Source of the DNA: Guillardia theta CCMP2712
Taxonomy: Eukaryota > Protista > Cryptophyta
Assembly: GCF_000315625.1 (NCBI RefSeq)
Contig: NW_005434470.1
Span: 8,832 to 72,831 of the forward strand
Direction of reading: 5' to 3'
DNA: 64,000 nucleotides
Made by a program: the position numbers and the translations under genes. This document shows, piece by piece, positions 1 through 12,964 of this stretch (position 1 is its first letter; every line of letters starts with the position of its first letter). The notes beneath the pieces are model-generated. The model was not told where the DNA came from. It did no database searches and worked only from the letters and a program-made list of their open reading frames with translations.

Positions 1-1225
1 GGAGAGGTTTGTCATATCGGTGAATCCTAAACCGATTTTGACAAATTATGCTTCCAGGTCACCAGCCTTTCTGTCAAAAGATTCCCCAATTCGGATCGGT
101 GCAAGGGTTTTGCTATGGCAGAATATGCGACAGAGGTATCCGGGTGTCGGGTAGTTTGGGAATATTGCTCACTCTCGATTCAGGAACAGGCAAAGGCGGC
201 TATAGAACAACTGGCTGGCAGCAGCTTCATGAAGAGGTTGAAACACCGACTAGATGCTGCAAAGATTGACCGGCAACCTTGAGCAGATCAGTCCTGGTTA
301 GAGCCGATTCTGGTATCGATCCAGCCAAGGTCTCAAGCTTGACTGTCTGCACTCGGTCCTTTTGAACATGTTCCACACTGTAGATTGCTGCCAGCCAAGC
401 CAAGCGAGCAGCTGCCCTAGCTAGGTGAAGGTCTTGGAACCTCAAGTGTTCCCTCTCACTGTCTCTCAGGAAAGCTGAAGCTGCTGCAAGAGCGGCGACC
501 AACGGCGGGGCCCCGTGATGACAAGCTTGTCGAAAAGTTTTTCACTGACCCTTAGGAATGTTCAGGGTCCGACAGCGACGCCCCCCCTCCATGGGACACC
601 CTCAAGTAAGCATACAGGATGCTTCTTGTCTGATCTGTTTCCACCTAACATCATTGTAGTTCTGGCCCAAGTGTCCCCCTGGGTGCCGTGTATATGTTGG
701 TAGGTGAATCGGTCAAAGTCCCGCCTCGCTGATACATGTGCTGGTCTGATAGGTAACATCAAGTTTGGCACACCATGGCAAGATGTCAGAGATCACATGG
801 CCAAGGCTGGACATGTGAGCTTTCCTCGGATCGCAACTCAACCCGAGGGCGGCTCACTCTTGTCATCACCGCAGGTGGAGTTTGGAAAGATCATTAAGGC
901 GCCCATGACCAACATGGATGGATCGATCTCATACGTTTCACGGTGAGTTGACAGCCTTCTTGCCGTTCTTGCCCTCCTTGTTCTCATCTTCCTTTCCAGT
1001 GGATTCGCCATCGTGCAGTACAGGACCCCCCAAGACGCTGAGGTCCTCGAGGCCTTGCACGTACTGAAAACGTGTGCTCATGACCGTGACAGGCTGCCGT
1101 TACTTCCCTGGATCAGTCGATCTTGAACGGACGGTCTCACAAGGATCTTTAGCTTTCTTGTTCCTGATGTTTCCTTCAGCTCCATCTACGTTCGCCCAGA
1201 TCAGGGTCGCCGACGGAAGGTATGA
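1..1225 (+). CDS. RRM RNA-binding protein (Gbp2/hnRNP-M-like C-terminal RRM), multi-exon, 5' end uncertain or outside the window
   Basis: Manual GT-AG splicing of exons between ~660 and 1225 gives CRVYVGNIKFGTPWQDVRDHMAKAGHVEFGKII...SRGFAIVQYRTPQDAEAAVTSLDQSILNGRSIYVRPDQGRRRKV*, with RNP2 (VYVGNI) and RNP1 (RGFAIVQY) motifs. Stop TGA at 1223-1225. Confidence 0.8.
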
Positions 1226-1687
1226 TCGGCGAATGTGTATGGCGCCGTGTCCATGATTGATGGAATGTATCTGAGCAGACAGACTCGAACATGGGAGAAG
1301 AGGAATTGGCGAACCTCCAAGTCTCAGAAAATCAGGTCAGGAGACTTCCTTGCACACTTGACTTTGACATTTCATTGACAGTGAAACTCGTGAAAGGCGT
1401 TCAGAAATTTAGTCAGAGGTCAGCAATGCCACAATATCAAGATATCAAGTTTGCATAAAACATCGTAACGAATGTGTACGTCTCAATACAGGATAGATTA
1501 GAGAGTTGATACAGGTGTTTGACCGGCCATGCATATTATTCTGAACAAAACTACTACATGTTGCATTCCCGGGAATTGCCGTCCTTTCAAAGCATACATC
1601 CTTCTCCCGACGCGCTTGCCTTCGGTCCCAGATAATCGCGAGCAGCAATCTCACGGAGAATTTGCAGTAGACTGACTAGCCTGACTG

Positions 1688-2158
1688 TCAGCAAAGGTTT
1701 CTAATGAAATATTTCTGGGCATGCGATCGCACTTGCGAGGCATTTCTCGTCTCAACTCTCTTGGCTATCATCTTGGCAACTCCTCGTCCAAGGCCGCCCG
1801 AGGTCAGTCCAGCCCTCGCACCACCTGCTGTTCGCTCCGGGCAACATTCTGTCAGAGCAGCAAGAAATCTCTCGTGCTCCTCCTTGGACCATCGCGAAAT
1901 TTTCGCAACGGCTTCCGTTTTCCCGGCTGTCTTTGTGTCAGAAGGACTCGATTCTCGTTGCTGTCGTACAGCACTTTGCGCTTTTTGTGAAAGTGACAAC
2001 TTGAATGTCTCTTGCATGCTTGTGGGCAGCTCAGGATAAGAAGTCAGGAATGAATAGTTCCAAGCTTCGTCCGCTTTGTTCGATAGGTGAGAACCTTGTT
2101 CTCCCAGGCTGCTGTTGATAAAAATGTTTTCAATAGCGTCTTCGAGAGAGTCAGTCAT
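1688..2158 (-). CDS. SHAQKYF-class Myb-related transcription factor, intronless (156 aa)
   Basis: RWSKEEHERFLAAL...GLGRGVAKMIAKRVETRNASQVRSHAQKYF in a single ORF. Confidence 0.9.
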   Translation of the reverse strand: MTDSLEDAIENIFINSSLGEQGSHLSNKADEAWNYSFLTSYPELPTSMQETFKLSLSQKAQSAVRQQRESSPSDTKTAGKTEAVAKISRWSKEEHERFLAALTECCPERTAGGARAGLTSGGLGRGVAKMIAKRVETRNASQVRSHAQKYFIRNLC

Positions 2159-3114
2159 CTTTGTTCAGCTACGGGATGAAAGGGGTATCAGATTTCTCAG
2201 TTTTGAAAGGAGATGACTCGATTGAAGCGATTTTTCTGGTTAACGCAGCTGATGTCTGCAGTGTCGAACCCACTGCGAAACTCGTAAAGACAAGATGCGA
2301 AGAATACCACTGAAGGATAAGGTTTGAGCAATGGAAGATGAGAGAGCAGGAGACAAGGAGGAGCTGAAGCAGAGAATATGAGAGGGAGCAGCAGGAGGGG
2401 AAGGGAGAAGGAGCGAGGGGGTGGCGAGGGCAGAGGAGCAAAGTGCGGTGTGGCAGAAGAAGACGCGAACGGAGGCTGTTCCCGAAAAAAAATATTTTGA
2501 AGCGTTGCGATTTTAGATGGTTAGCCCAAAACCCTTCAGGGCGGTGAAATGAAGAGGTTTCGCTTTCTTGCAGCCATTGCAGGGTAGGGTGGTTGGGTTT
2601 ATGTCGTAACAGCTGACATCAGCATGTCAGCAGCATGACGTAAGCAGATTATGTTGCAGCCCAAGTCACGAGGGCATGGAGACATGACTCAAAATAAGGC
2701 GGCCATCGGATCGAGATCAAGAAATGAGAGCCAGTACAACTCGATGAGAAAATGTCCATAACAACGAGATTGATCGAAGAAGATAATGAAACCAGACACA
2801 GTTCACTGGCATGTTCAACCACATGATGGTTGGGCCAGTTGTAATGAAAGGCTGAGTGAAAAATGGTGTACACAAGGGCGTAAAAGTCTTGTCGGGGGAA
2901 GTAAAGGACTCTATTAACATATTTGAATACTATCAAGTGAAATTGGTCTAGAGGCAAGGTTACTACAAAACTACGCAGTCAGTCTCGTCTAGAAGAGAAC
3001 AATAGAGCGTATCCTCCCTCAAAGGACCTTTCATCGGCCCCCAGACATTCATAGCACTGGGTTACTGTGTTTTGTGACGAAAAGAAGTAATAAACGATGA
3101 AGGAGTCTCATGCA

Positions 3115-3636
3115 TCAAGAATCAGCTCGATGCTTCAAGAAGTACTTCTGCGCGTGCGATCGCACTTGAGACGCCGTCCTCGTTCCGATGAGTTTTGCCA
3201 TCTCTTTCGCTACTCCCCTCCCTAACCCAACACTCCCTGCTCCTTCGCGAGGAATTCCGGGTTGTTCGCCCATGCCTTTTGGCCTGCATATTTCCAGCGC
3301 TGACAAGAACCGTTCATGTTCTTCCTTGCTCCAATGCTGTGGGGTTCCCGTCCCTGGTTGCAATATTTGGGGCTGGAACGAACTTGGCCCAGGTTCATCC
3401 TCGATTCCTTGAGGAGACAACGTGGATGGTCTGAAGGTATCCTCTTCCAGGGTAGTCTCCAGCTCCCGATCGTTGACATCAACTTCGTTATATGCGAGAA
3501 GCAGCGAGTAGTTCCATGGATCCATGGATTGGCTGGAAATATGGCCTGTACCCCACGAGACAACCGAAGAGAACGTTTCCGGCGTAGATGTCATCATGTG
3601 TATAGCATCTTCCACAGATATGCTATTTCTTGACAT
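3115..3636 (-). CDS. SHAQKYF-class Myb-related transcription factor, intronless, tandem paralogue
   Basis: HWSKEEHERFLSAL...VGLGRGVAKEMAKLIGTRTASQVRSHAQKYF. First ATG at 3636. Shares N-terminal motifs S[LV]EDAI and WNYS[FL]L with the 1688-2158 copy. Confidence 0.9.
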   Translation of the reverse strand: MSRNSISVEDAIHMMTSTPETFSSVVSWGTGHISSQSMDPWNYSLLLAYNEVDVNDRELETTLEEDTFRPSTLSPQGIEDEPGPSSFQPQILQPGTGTPQHWSKEEHERFLSALEICRPKGMGEQPGIPREGAGSVGLGRGVAKEMAKLIGTRTASQVRSHAQKYFLKHRADS

Positions 3637-3929
3637 CTTCAAGGATATCAAAGAGGATATGCGTATCACCAAGTCCAGTCAGGCAGGCAATGTTCGTGTT
3701 CAGGCCCTTCGTTTGCCAACAAATATCAGGAATGTGTGTTGCAGGTGTTTGCGGGGAGAACAATACGCTAAGAACGAGCTGAGAACAGATGCTTCACGAG
3801 ATCAAGATGCAGAGAGGGAGTGTGTGTGAGAGAGTGTGTGCGGAATGCTAGAGCAGTTGGAGGAAACCAGGGAGAGGGGATGGGCGCAGAAGAGGGGGAG
3901 AGAGTAAGGAGACGACAAGGTAAGCAGGG

Positions 3930-4810
3930 GAGTAGTGTAGGGGGTATCGGAGGAAATCCAAGAAGTAAATTGAGAAATTGGGGAGGAGGGGTACTTGAAC
4001 CCCCCGGAAATCAGTCAAAAGTACGGGTAGCGACCATCCTCAAGGTGCCTCGGACGGAAGGAGGTAAACGTGACCCAAGTGGCATGCCAGGTCACGGACT
4101 GCTGACAACCTGGTAACGTGACTCCAAGGAGGGTTTAACCTTTTGTCTGCGGCTGACTGCCAGAGTTTTTCTTTTTAACACGGTCAGGCTTGCGGGCAGG
4201 CTCCCCGGCGGGGGTGACGGTGACTACCGGGGCCGGGCCGGGGGGTGACGCCGGGGCCGGGGCATAGTAGGCTATGATACGGGCACGGCAGTGTCGGAGT
4301 GGCCGCCGGGCTCCTGGGTAATAAGTCCTTTACTCAAGGTTAAGTTGGGTCGCCGGCCCCGCGGGCCGGAGCCCCCCCCACCCCCCCAGTACTACCGTAT
4401 GGCCGCCGCAGTAAGTTTACAGTCCGATCACTGAGTCACTGAGTGCCGACTCGGGCCGCCCGGGCCGGGGCGCTGGCTCGTGAGTCGAAACTCACTGTTT
4501 GACGACGGTGACCGACTCGGCAACTTCGGCGGAGACCGTGGGCAATCATGAATCATCATCTGATCGCTTGGAGTAAAGAGATCCGGGGAGTCCGAGCCGC
4601 CGACATACTTTGCGCAACTCCCGGAGTCCCCCCCCGCGTCAAGGGCCCACTGACTCTTACGGCTCACTCGTCGGTACCGGCCCGGCCCCGGGCTCGGAGG
4701 CTCCGAGCCCATTCGGGGGCAGTCCGGACTCGGCCCGGCGGGGTGACGGTGACCGTCCCCCGTCCGACCCCGGCCGCGGCGGAATAATTGATCGGATAGC
4801 CTTGCCAAGT
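3930..4810. repeat. Intergenic module 1: short GGGGTA tract, cap-like segment and CCGG-rich island
   Basis: GGGGTA words at ~3930-4030, then a very GC/CpG-rich island at ~4190-4800. Perfect palindrome at 4690-4710. The 19-mer at 4328-4346 matches 27981-27999 on the opposite strand at 18/19. Confidence 0.6.
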
Positions 4811-4898
4811 TACTGAAAAGAAAGAACCTACTTGTGCTGCCGTTGACTCCAGGCTGGGAACATGGCACTAGCAGGGAGTGAACGATGAACTGAGAGCG

Positions 4899-7800
4899 AT
4901 GATGCCGGACGGGCAAGGAGAAAGGACAAAGTGATCATGATGGGTGCTAGGGCAGAACAGCAGCAGACAGACCTGATGACTGCCAGTAACCACTGAGAGG
5001 GGACGTTGAAGAAAGTCTCTGAGTGAAGTTACTAAGTTAACCGAGGCGATTTTAAGAGGGAAAGACATGAAAGACTTGGACGCGACGATCATGAGGAATG
5101 ATGAAGGTGAAGTTTTTAAGGAGGGAAGAAGTTTTTCAACAAGGTTTTGAAACTCTAGTGAAGAGAAGGAGAAAGCAAGGAAGAGAGGCGAAGACTCGGC
5201 CAGATGGGGAGAGATAGAAACCATGGGATGTACAGAAACATCGGGTCATCGCTAGTTTGTGATATCCTGTCAGAGGGGATGAGGTAGATTCAGGTGTTGG
5301 TATGAGTACAAGAAGCAGACGTCCTAGATGCTTTCTTTCTGTGCAGCTGGAAGTAGGAATGCTCAAACATGAAACCTCATCGGTGACGTATCGAGACAAG
5401 GGCATCGGTTGTAAACAGCATCGAGATCAGACATGCTATGCTTCATGTACATTTTCTAGAGCAAATGCGGCCCTTGGCGACAAGTTTATTCGCTTGGTGA
5501 AAGTCAGAAGTTTGCAGGAACGGAATTGAGCCATGAGGCTACAAACGAAGACGGTTTGAGAATGTCAAAACGGCACGGGTTAAACCCTGCAAGGGATGAG
5601 AAACTCGGACAGGTGCGGCTTTTGAGAGAGCAAACATGATGCAGTTGTCGCTCTGATTCTGACATCTCCTTTCCTCACCAGCCAAGAACAAAAAGCGTAG
5701 AGGAGGTAGTTCTCGTACGGAGAGCCATTGGTGCGATAGCAGAGAGAAAGAAGAGCTTGGTAAGGACTCTTGCGCTGGGTGACCAGCACTCTAACCATCA
5801 TCTGCAGTCGCAAACCTGGGCTTCCAAAGTGTCCCAAGATGTTGTTGTACAAACACTCATGCTTCTCGTTCTGAACCAGCCATGCAGGTCATCCCAGCTT
5901 CTCCGCTGCACTCCCGCCCTCGCATCTCAGTGCATCCGATGCAGGAACAGACAACGTTGTTTTCTCCTCCAACCTCTGACGTTCTTCATCTCAGGGGTCA
6001 ATACTTCCCGTGCGGTCAACAACTCAGACAGCTGAGCCTTCCTTCCGTTCCAGCCTCCCGTCCTCTGCCGGCCATGAACGTGCCAAGGGCGGGAGGGCTT
6101 GCCCCGGCTACATTCGTCCCAGCTGTCAACCAGGTACGAAGAGCTTCTGTTGCTGAGTCGCCATGTTGACGCGTTTTAGTCAAAGTCAAGTCGTCGCAGC
6201 CAGTCATTCGCGACCCGCATCAACTCACTTGTGGGAATCAGAGTCCCTGCACCAGTCTGATCAGCGAAAGATCAGCAAGCGGCCCAAGACAACAGACGAT
6301 AAGGTAGAACCATTTTCATGTTACTGCTCGAACACTCATGGTCGTGCAGGTGAATACACTTCATGCCAAGCTTGACATGATAGCAAGCCGGCTTCAAGTA
6401 CACGTGTTCTTGTTTGTTTGAACGCTTGACATGCCGCAGGCTGTCGATGCTCGCTCCGACATGATCGAGCGAATGATTTCAACACCCATCGACAAGGTTC
6501 TGCTCATCAACCCCCCCTCCCCCTTCTCTGTTCCCTTCATCCTCCCCTTCTGTTCCCATCACCCTCGCCTGTAGTTGACCATGCACGCTCAGAGTGCTGT
6601 CGACCCTCTGTCTCGCGCGAGCACCAGCACCCCGCAGGGCTCGAGCATGCAGCACAGGAGGTCACACGCGGAGGAGGGCGGAGCAGAGGTGGGGCAGGAT
6701 GTGAGGGAGGACTTGCTGACAGAGGCAGCAGGTGGGAACGAGTCTCAGCCGGACATGGTCGGACAAGGGACACGAGGGTTATGAGACTGACGGCCATCGC
6801 GCTCAAGTCCCGCGGGTTTTGACGAACCTGCTGGAGAAGATTCAGGTCTTGCGAGGGTGCCATCCTACGTCCCTCACTGACGTGCTGGCTCCAAGGGTTC
6901 GCTCATCGACCTCGACTACATCTTCATAAAGGCACTGGGATTGAGATGTCAATGTATCAATGACGTCATGCGACAGGCCACTGCTTCTGAACATGAAGCT
7001 GCTACTAAGATCGCCAAGACCGTGAAGGGATTCTTGAGGAGGAAACGGTCTGTGGAGGATGTCAGTTGTACTATGACTGAGACATGTGCAGGTACTTGAA
7101 TGGAATACTGGCGTTGAAGATGTATCAAGTGACAACATCATCGTTGAGCTCAAAGCAAGCTCTTGGCCTGACTGAACATTCAGGAGCGACAAAGTTCGGG
7201 GCTTGCGAAGTTCTTCGATGGTTTCTTACAATCAAGAAGGTGAAGTTGATGAGAAGGTGACGCGGTCAGTGAAAGTCTTGCAGAGCAATACGGTTTCAAC
7301 TCAATCAGATCATCCGGAAGAGAGAGCTCGAGAGCTGTGCTTCTCCTCCCCTCCCCCGGCAGGTGCAAGGCTGAACACTGTTGTCGCAGGTAGGAAGATC
7401 TTCAGAGCACTGTTCGATTACGTGCTGGAGAGGATGCCTCTGAGGTGAAGGAGCTGAGAAGAGGTCGAGGTGATGACGTGGCGTCAGGTCGAGTCAAAGA
7501 CAGAAGGCCTTCTTCATGATCGTCAAGTACGAGCGGAGGCTCGTCTATAACAGTGATGCTCTCCTGTGCTCGCCGCGTTTGACTTCTTCCCTCACAGTAT
7601 TCCAAGACTGGCGGAAAGCTATGAGGATAGTGCAGGTATGAAGGCGAAGTTGGCGATGCATGCTGGTGAAGAGAAGTAGGAACTCTCGAAGGTGGCGTCG
7701 AAGAACAACTCAAGGCTGGAGAAGATACACAGTGAGGTCAGAGCAACGAGATCTCTGCCTCCTCCACTCCTGCTGATGACCTTGCGAACAGGTTTCGAAG

Positions 7801-10800
7801 CAAGCGATGCAAGAAGGTTGACTGTCCTATCATCTCGGGAGATGACGACTTGCTGTAGGATGGCGAGAAGACGTGATCGAGTCTGTGGTGCAGCAGGTGG
7901 GGGAGAGCTGGTGGGGTGGACATGTCTTTGAGCATGCTGCAGAGGATGTACGAGGACTCGATCGCTCTGATGAGCGGTAGACAAGCTGAAGAAGCGACGG
8001 GGAGGGAGAGGAGGTGACGGGGACTTGACGAGGATGCAGGGCGGATGGGGGAAATAGCAGTCGAGAAAGCTGTCAAAGTGTGGAGAGGTGAGGGGGTGGG
8101 CGGGAGGTTGGAACAGGCTGACTTGTCCCTAGCATACCTGATGGTTCGTCGCAAGAAGCGAACTAAGTTCATGGTGGACTCGTTGCTGGGGGAGTGAGGA
8201 TGGGACTTGTTGACTGCCTTGCAGAGGGCGATAAGGCTGGACAATTCGAAGAGAGGATGGGAGGCGTTCTCGAGGTGTGAGGCCGCGAAGAAGCAAGTGG
8301 TGGTGTGCTGATACAGCTGCTCGTCACCAGCTGGAAAGAATACATCAAAGAATGCAAGCGATGGGATGCCGGCAAATACGTCAGGTGCCCTGCTATCTTT
8401 TTCGTTTCTCAGCTTCTCACCTGCCTGTAAGGCTGCGGAACGAGCGTCACATTCAGCACCAGGCGATTATGAGCCTGTACTCGAGCCACATGCGTGTTTG
8501 GCTCTTCTTCGCGTCGAAGCGCGCGGAAGTGAAGAAGCGGTTCAAGCTCTGCCTGGATCGCTTGCTGCGGTGTGTTGTGCCTTGACGGACGAGGAGAAGC
8601 TGACGGGAGGCGCTCAGAGACGTGATGCATAGTTGGTTCGAGCGAGCAAGGTTCAGCAGGAGGTGGCCCTTTGCTCGGCCTCTGCTCCTTCTGTGACCAC
8701 CTTCACGTGCAGCACGAAGATCGCCGTCCTCGAAAAATGGATCCTCGTTTCAAAGTCCATGTTGCAGTTTCCCTTCCGCAGCTGGTACCTGTGGACAGCA
8801 AACTCCATCTCCAAGAGGCAGGCGCAGGGTATGATCGCCGACATGCTCAGCAGAAGGTCCGAGCCAGCGATCGCTCTCCCTCCTCCTCTCACCTGCGTTC
8901 CTGCCCAGGTGGATGAAGATCAGGCTAGTCAACATCCTCCAGGTTTCTTTCCCTCTCCTCCTCTCTAGACGTGCCTTACGATCGCAGGCATGGTGGCAGA
9001 GGACAGACAGCGGGATGGAGGCAGGTGGGTAGGGCGGCAGGGAGGGAGCAGGTCGATGACCTGGGCCCCTCAGGTCAGGGGAGGGAAGAGCTGTTTACCC
9101 TCCTGCACGAGCAGCAGCAGATCAACAAGGACTTGGAGGTTTCACTTCCTCCTTCCCGTCCTCCCTCCGTCCTCCATCCGCCCCCTCCCCTCCCTCTTCA
9201 TCTTCACATCTCCCTTTTTACCATCTCCTCCTGCCTCCTCCCTGTTCCCAGCTTCATCTTTTACCTACAGTTTGCTTCTTTTCTCAACCCCCCCCTCCTT
9301 CCTTCCTGTTTGCTTCCCAACCCCCGTACTTCAATCCTGATCCTCTCTGACTCCTCTACCAGGAAACTGTAAGTCACTACAAGGACCTCCACAATAAGTC
9401 CGAGCTCGGTGCCCCCCTCTCCTCCACTACCACTTCCTTCGTCCTCCTCCTCCTCCTACTCCTACTCCTCCTCCTCCTCCTCCTCCTCCTCCTCCTCCTC
9501 CTCCTCCTCCTCCTCCTCCTCCTCCTCCTCCTCCTCCTCTTTCTCCTGTCTTTGTCATCGGCTCCCTGCTAACTGCACCACAGGGCTGAGAAAGCATGAG
9601 GACCTTCTGGTGAAGAGGGAGAAGCAGATCCTCAAGCTAGAGAACGAGGTCCTCCTCCTCCTCGACCAGCTTACTCTCCTCCTCCTCCTCGACCTCCTCG
9701 TCCTCCTCGTCGTCCTCCTCCTCGTCCTCCTCCTCCTCGATACCCAACTCCTACCTCCCTGTTCTTTGAGCTTGCTGACCTGCTCTCGCAGCGGACTGAG
9801 CTGATGATGAAGATACAAGCGTCAGAGCTGGAGATCAGCCGCTTGCAGGAGATGCAGGTGCCTCCTCCTCCTCCCCCTTCCTTCCTCCTTCATTTCCCTG
9901 CAGTTTACTACCCCCCCCGTCCTCTCCTCCCTTCCCTTCCTACCCCCTTCTGCTTCCACCTCTCCCTGCCGTTCCTACTCCTTCCACCTCTCCCTCTCCT
10001 CCTTTCTCACTTGTCACTCCTGAGCGCAGGACAAGAAACTCAGCACCTCCCTCATCCGCAAGGCGCAGAAGCTGGAGGCCAGTGGCATCCTCGTCCTCGA
10101 GGAAGAGCAGCCGACAGGGAAGGAGGAGGGCCCAGCGAGCTCGGCAGGCTCTGGAGGAGCGGCCGCAGAGCTGTCAAGCCTTGCCGACACGTTGATCGTT
10201 GGAGGGCATCAGGTTGACAAGAGCTGGGAGGCAGGTGAAGTTGAGCTGAGCGAGGTTCGCAGACTGTCGTGAAGGTGGAAAAGGCGAGCGTTGGCAGCAG
10301 GACGAGGGAGAGGGAGAAGGGAGGGAAGAAGGAGAAGGAAACGGGAGATGTCCAGCAGCAGGCGATCAAGAATGAGGAGGTCGAAGATCGAAACTCGCGA
10401 GGAGAGGGAGGGAAGGCAGCAAAGGATGGCGACAGACAAGAACTGAAACCAGGTTCTCTCTGCTCCCTGCTCCCTGCCTGCTCCCTGTCTGCTCCCTGTC
10501 TGCTTCTTCCTCCTCCCTTCTGTCTCCCTCCTCCTTACCCTGACTTGCTTCCCAGCTGCGGCACTTCCAGTCATACCAGGGTTTGAACACATAGGTAAAA
10601 TGTCCTTGACATGCTGTTTCGTTACAGGATAATGTTATCCTGTTCACTCTGCTCTGCTCTGCTCTGCTCTGCTCCTCCTCTCCTCTCCTCTCCTCCCCCA
10701 TCTTCCCCCCTTCGACTCTCGGTCTTGTTCTGTCCTGTCCTTGCCTCCTGCCACTCTCTTGATCTCAAATGCGCAGGGAACGGCAAAGCAACTGAGGCAC

Positions 10801-11670
10801 CAGCCCGAAGGCAACATCGTCCTCTCCCTTTATCGCCGCTGATTGTAGCAGGAGGGTGTGGGAGGACAACAAAACAGAAGTCTACGGTGCTGAAATTGCG
10901 TTCTCCTCTTGCTGTATGTTGACTTTGACTAGTCGACGACAACACTCTGCTGAAGAGAGCCAAGTACATCATGTCGACGGTGAGGAACAGCTCGACAAGT
11001 GTCGACAAGTGTCGACAAGTGTTGACAAGTGTCCTCACTTGCTGCCAAACCTTGCAGTTGAGAGACAAGATGTCGTTGGGAGACATCCTGCAAGTCGACG
11101 AGTCTTCCAAAGAGGTTCTTGCTAGTTTGCTCGGCATGATGTGACATGGCTGTTTCAGATCCTGGAGATCCTGCAAGCAGGGACGCAGAACGGGGTAGAG
11201 GTACGTCCGACCTCCATCCCCTCCTTCCTAACCTGCCCACAAAGATTCCCGAGGAACAGGAGAAGCTGCTGCAGCGACGGAAGACTTTGGATGTCTGCCA
11301 TGGCGGGAGGTCGTGGGAAGAGGAGGAGGTGATTGGTTTTGCAGGTTGAGCCTTCGAACTTGGACTCTCTGAACTGGCAGCAAGTACATGTAGCGTGTTT
11401 GTTGTTTGCTTCTTACCTGCCTGCAGTTCATTGTGGGGCTGGACCAATATGACAACACCACGAGGAAGAAGGTAGGAGGAGCAAGAGTTGACATGTGCTG
11501 CTCGTTCTTATGCGCTGTTCAAGGACGCTGGAGGACAAGATGCCCTTCTGAGCAGGATCATGAAGGAAAGTGAAGGAGAGGAGGAGCTTGTTGGTAGGAA
11601 GATGATGTTTGTTTTGCAGGTGAAGACGTCGAGAGACATTAAGTCTGTGACAAAGATTGCGAATAAATGA
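4899..11670 (+). CDS. One or two hypothetical multi-exon proteins with coiled-coil exons; function not recognised
   Basis: Regular short GT-AG introns (~45-55 nt) separate open exons such as EELFTLLHEQQQINKDLE, GLRKHEDLLVKREKQILKLENE and ELMMKIQASELEISRLQEMQ. The last exon VKTSRDIKSVTKIANK* ends at 11670. Start and gene number are uncertain. Confidence 0.45.
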
Positions 11671-12589
11671 ACTCATAGCTGAACTCACAGCTGAACTCAC
11701 AGCTGAACTCACAGCAGGAAGACGCGCGAGTCTTGCCGCCCCTTGCCTTAGTCGCAGCTCCTCCTCCTGTTCCACATCCTCCCCACTCTTTCTCCTTCTT
11801 TCCCTCCTCTTGCCCAAAAGTTCTCTTGCTGTTCTTGACGTCTCCGGCTACGATTCTATCATCATCCAGCTTTCCTTTCACCTTCTTACCCATCCCTCCC
11901 TCCTCTCCTCCCTCCTCTCCTCCCTCCTCTCCTCCCTCATCTCCTCCTACCCCCCCCCCCCTCCCCTCTCCCTTCTCTCCCCTCCCTCTCTTCTCCTCTC
12001 TACCTCCTCTCTGCCTTACTCACCATCCTTCAGCCCCCTCCGTCCCGTTTCACCTCCCCCCCCCTCCCCTACGCTTTCTTCTTTTTCTTAGGGACCTTTT
12101 TTGAGCAGGCGCATCCTACAGGTGCAGAGCAAAATGCGGGAACGAGGAAGAGGACGAGGAAAGAGGAAGAGGAGGGCAAGGCGGACTGTTCCCGGAGGGA
12201 AGAAGAGAGGAGGAGGAGGAGGAGGAGGAAGAGGAGGAGGAGGAGGAGGGGGAGGAGAGGAGAAGGGAACAAGAATGAACGGTTTGGTGGTGGTGGTGGA
12301 TGGGGGAGGAGACGGGGCGGCAGGAAGAGGAGAACAAGGAGGAGGAGGATAGATGGATGGGAAGGAAGAGGAGGGAGGGTGGCACGGAGCTCAGTTGAGG
12401 GCGTAGTTAGCGGGTTGAACGCGAGAGGAGGGGCAAGGGCAGAAGCATGAGGAGGGGGAGGGGGAGGGGGAGGGGGAGGACAGGGAGGAGAAGGAAAGGA
12501 GGAGGGGGAGGAGAGGAAGGTGTTTGTAGCCTTGATAGTCTGACTTCTTCTGCCATCCCAGAACTTGTGAGCAGATTAATGTAGATCCG

Positions 12590-12932
12590 ATGCAAAGAAT
12601 AATGCAAAGTCTGGTCCCCCGAACGCCTCTCAAGGCTCCTTCCTTCTTCCTCCTCGCCTCCCTCCTCCTCCTCCTCCTCCTCCTTAACTCCGGAGCATGC
12701 CTTGGTGCGTCGAGCCTGCAGATGAAGCCATCTAGCAGGAGCAGCTGCAGCAGGAGCAGCAGCATCCTGCGTCTTCGAGGAGGACATGAGCGCTCTTGCG
12801 CATGCGGCAAAGTCGGCGAGGCTTCGCTGACATGGCTGCACGATGCGGTATGCATGGACAAGACCGCAAGCTTCAACACCGAATCAAGTGAGTGGAAGAG
12901 GAGGAGAGGAGGAAGAGGACTAGGGGTAGGAC

Positions 12933-12964
<32 letters not shown>

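Noticed and set aside
227-502. 91-aa minus-strand ORF with natural-looking composition
   Set aside because: It is antisense to exons of the plus-strand RRM gene, which shows regular GT-AG structure.
4428-4916. Pro/Arg/Gly-rich ORFs in CCGG islands (also 23422-23625, 27329-27709, 32690-33211)
   Set aside because: Open frames are expected from extreme GC content, and no domain or splice pattern is present.
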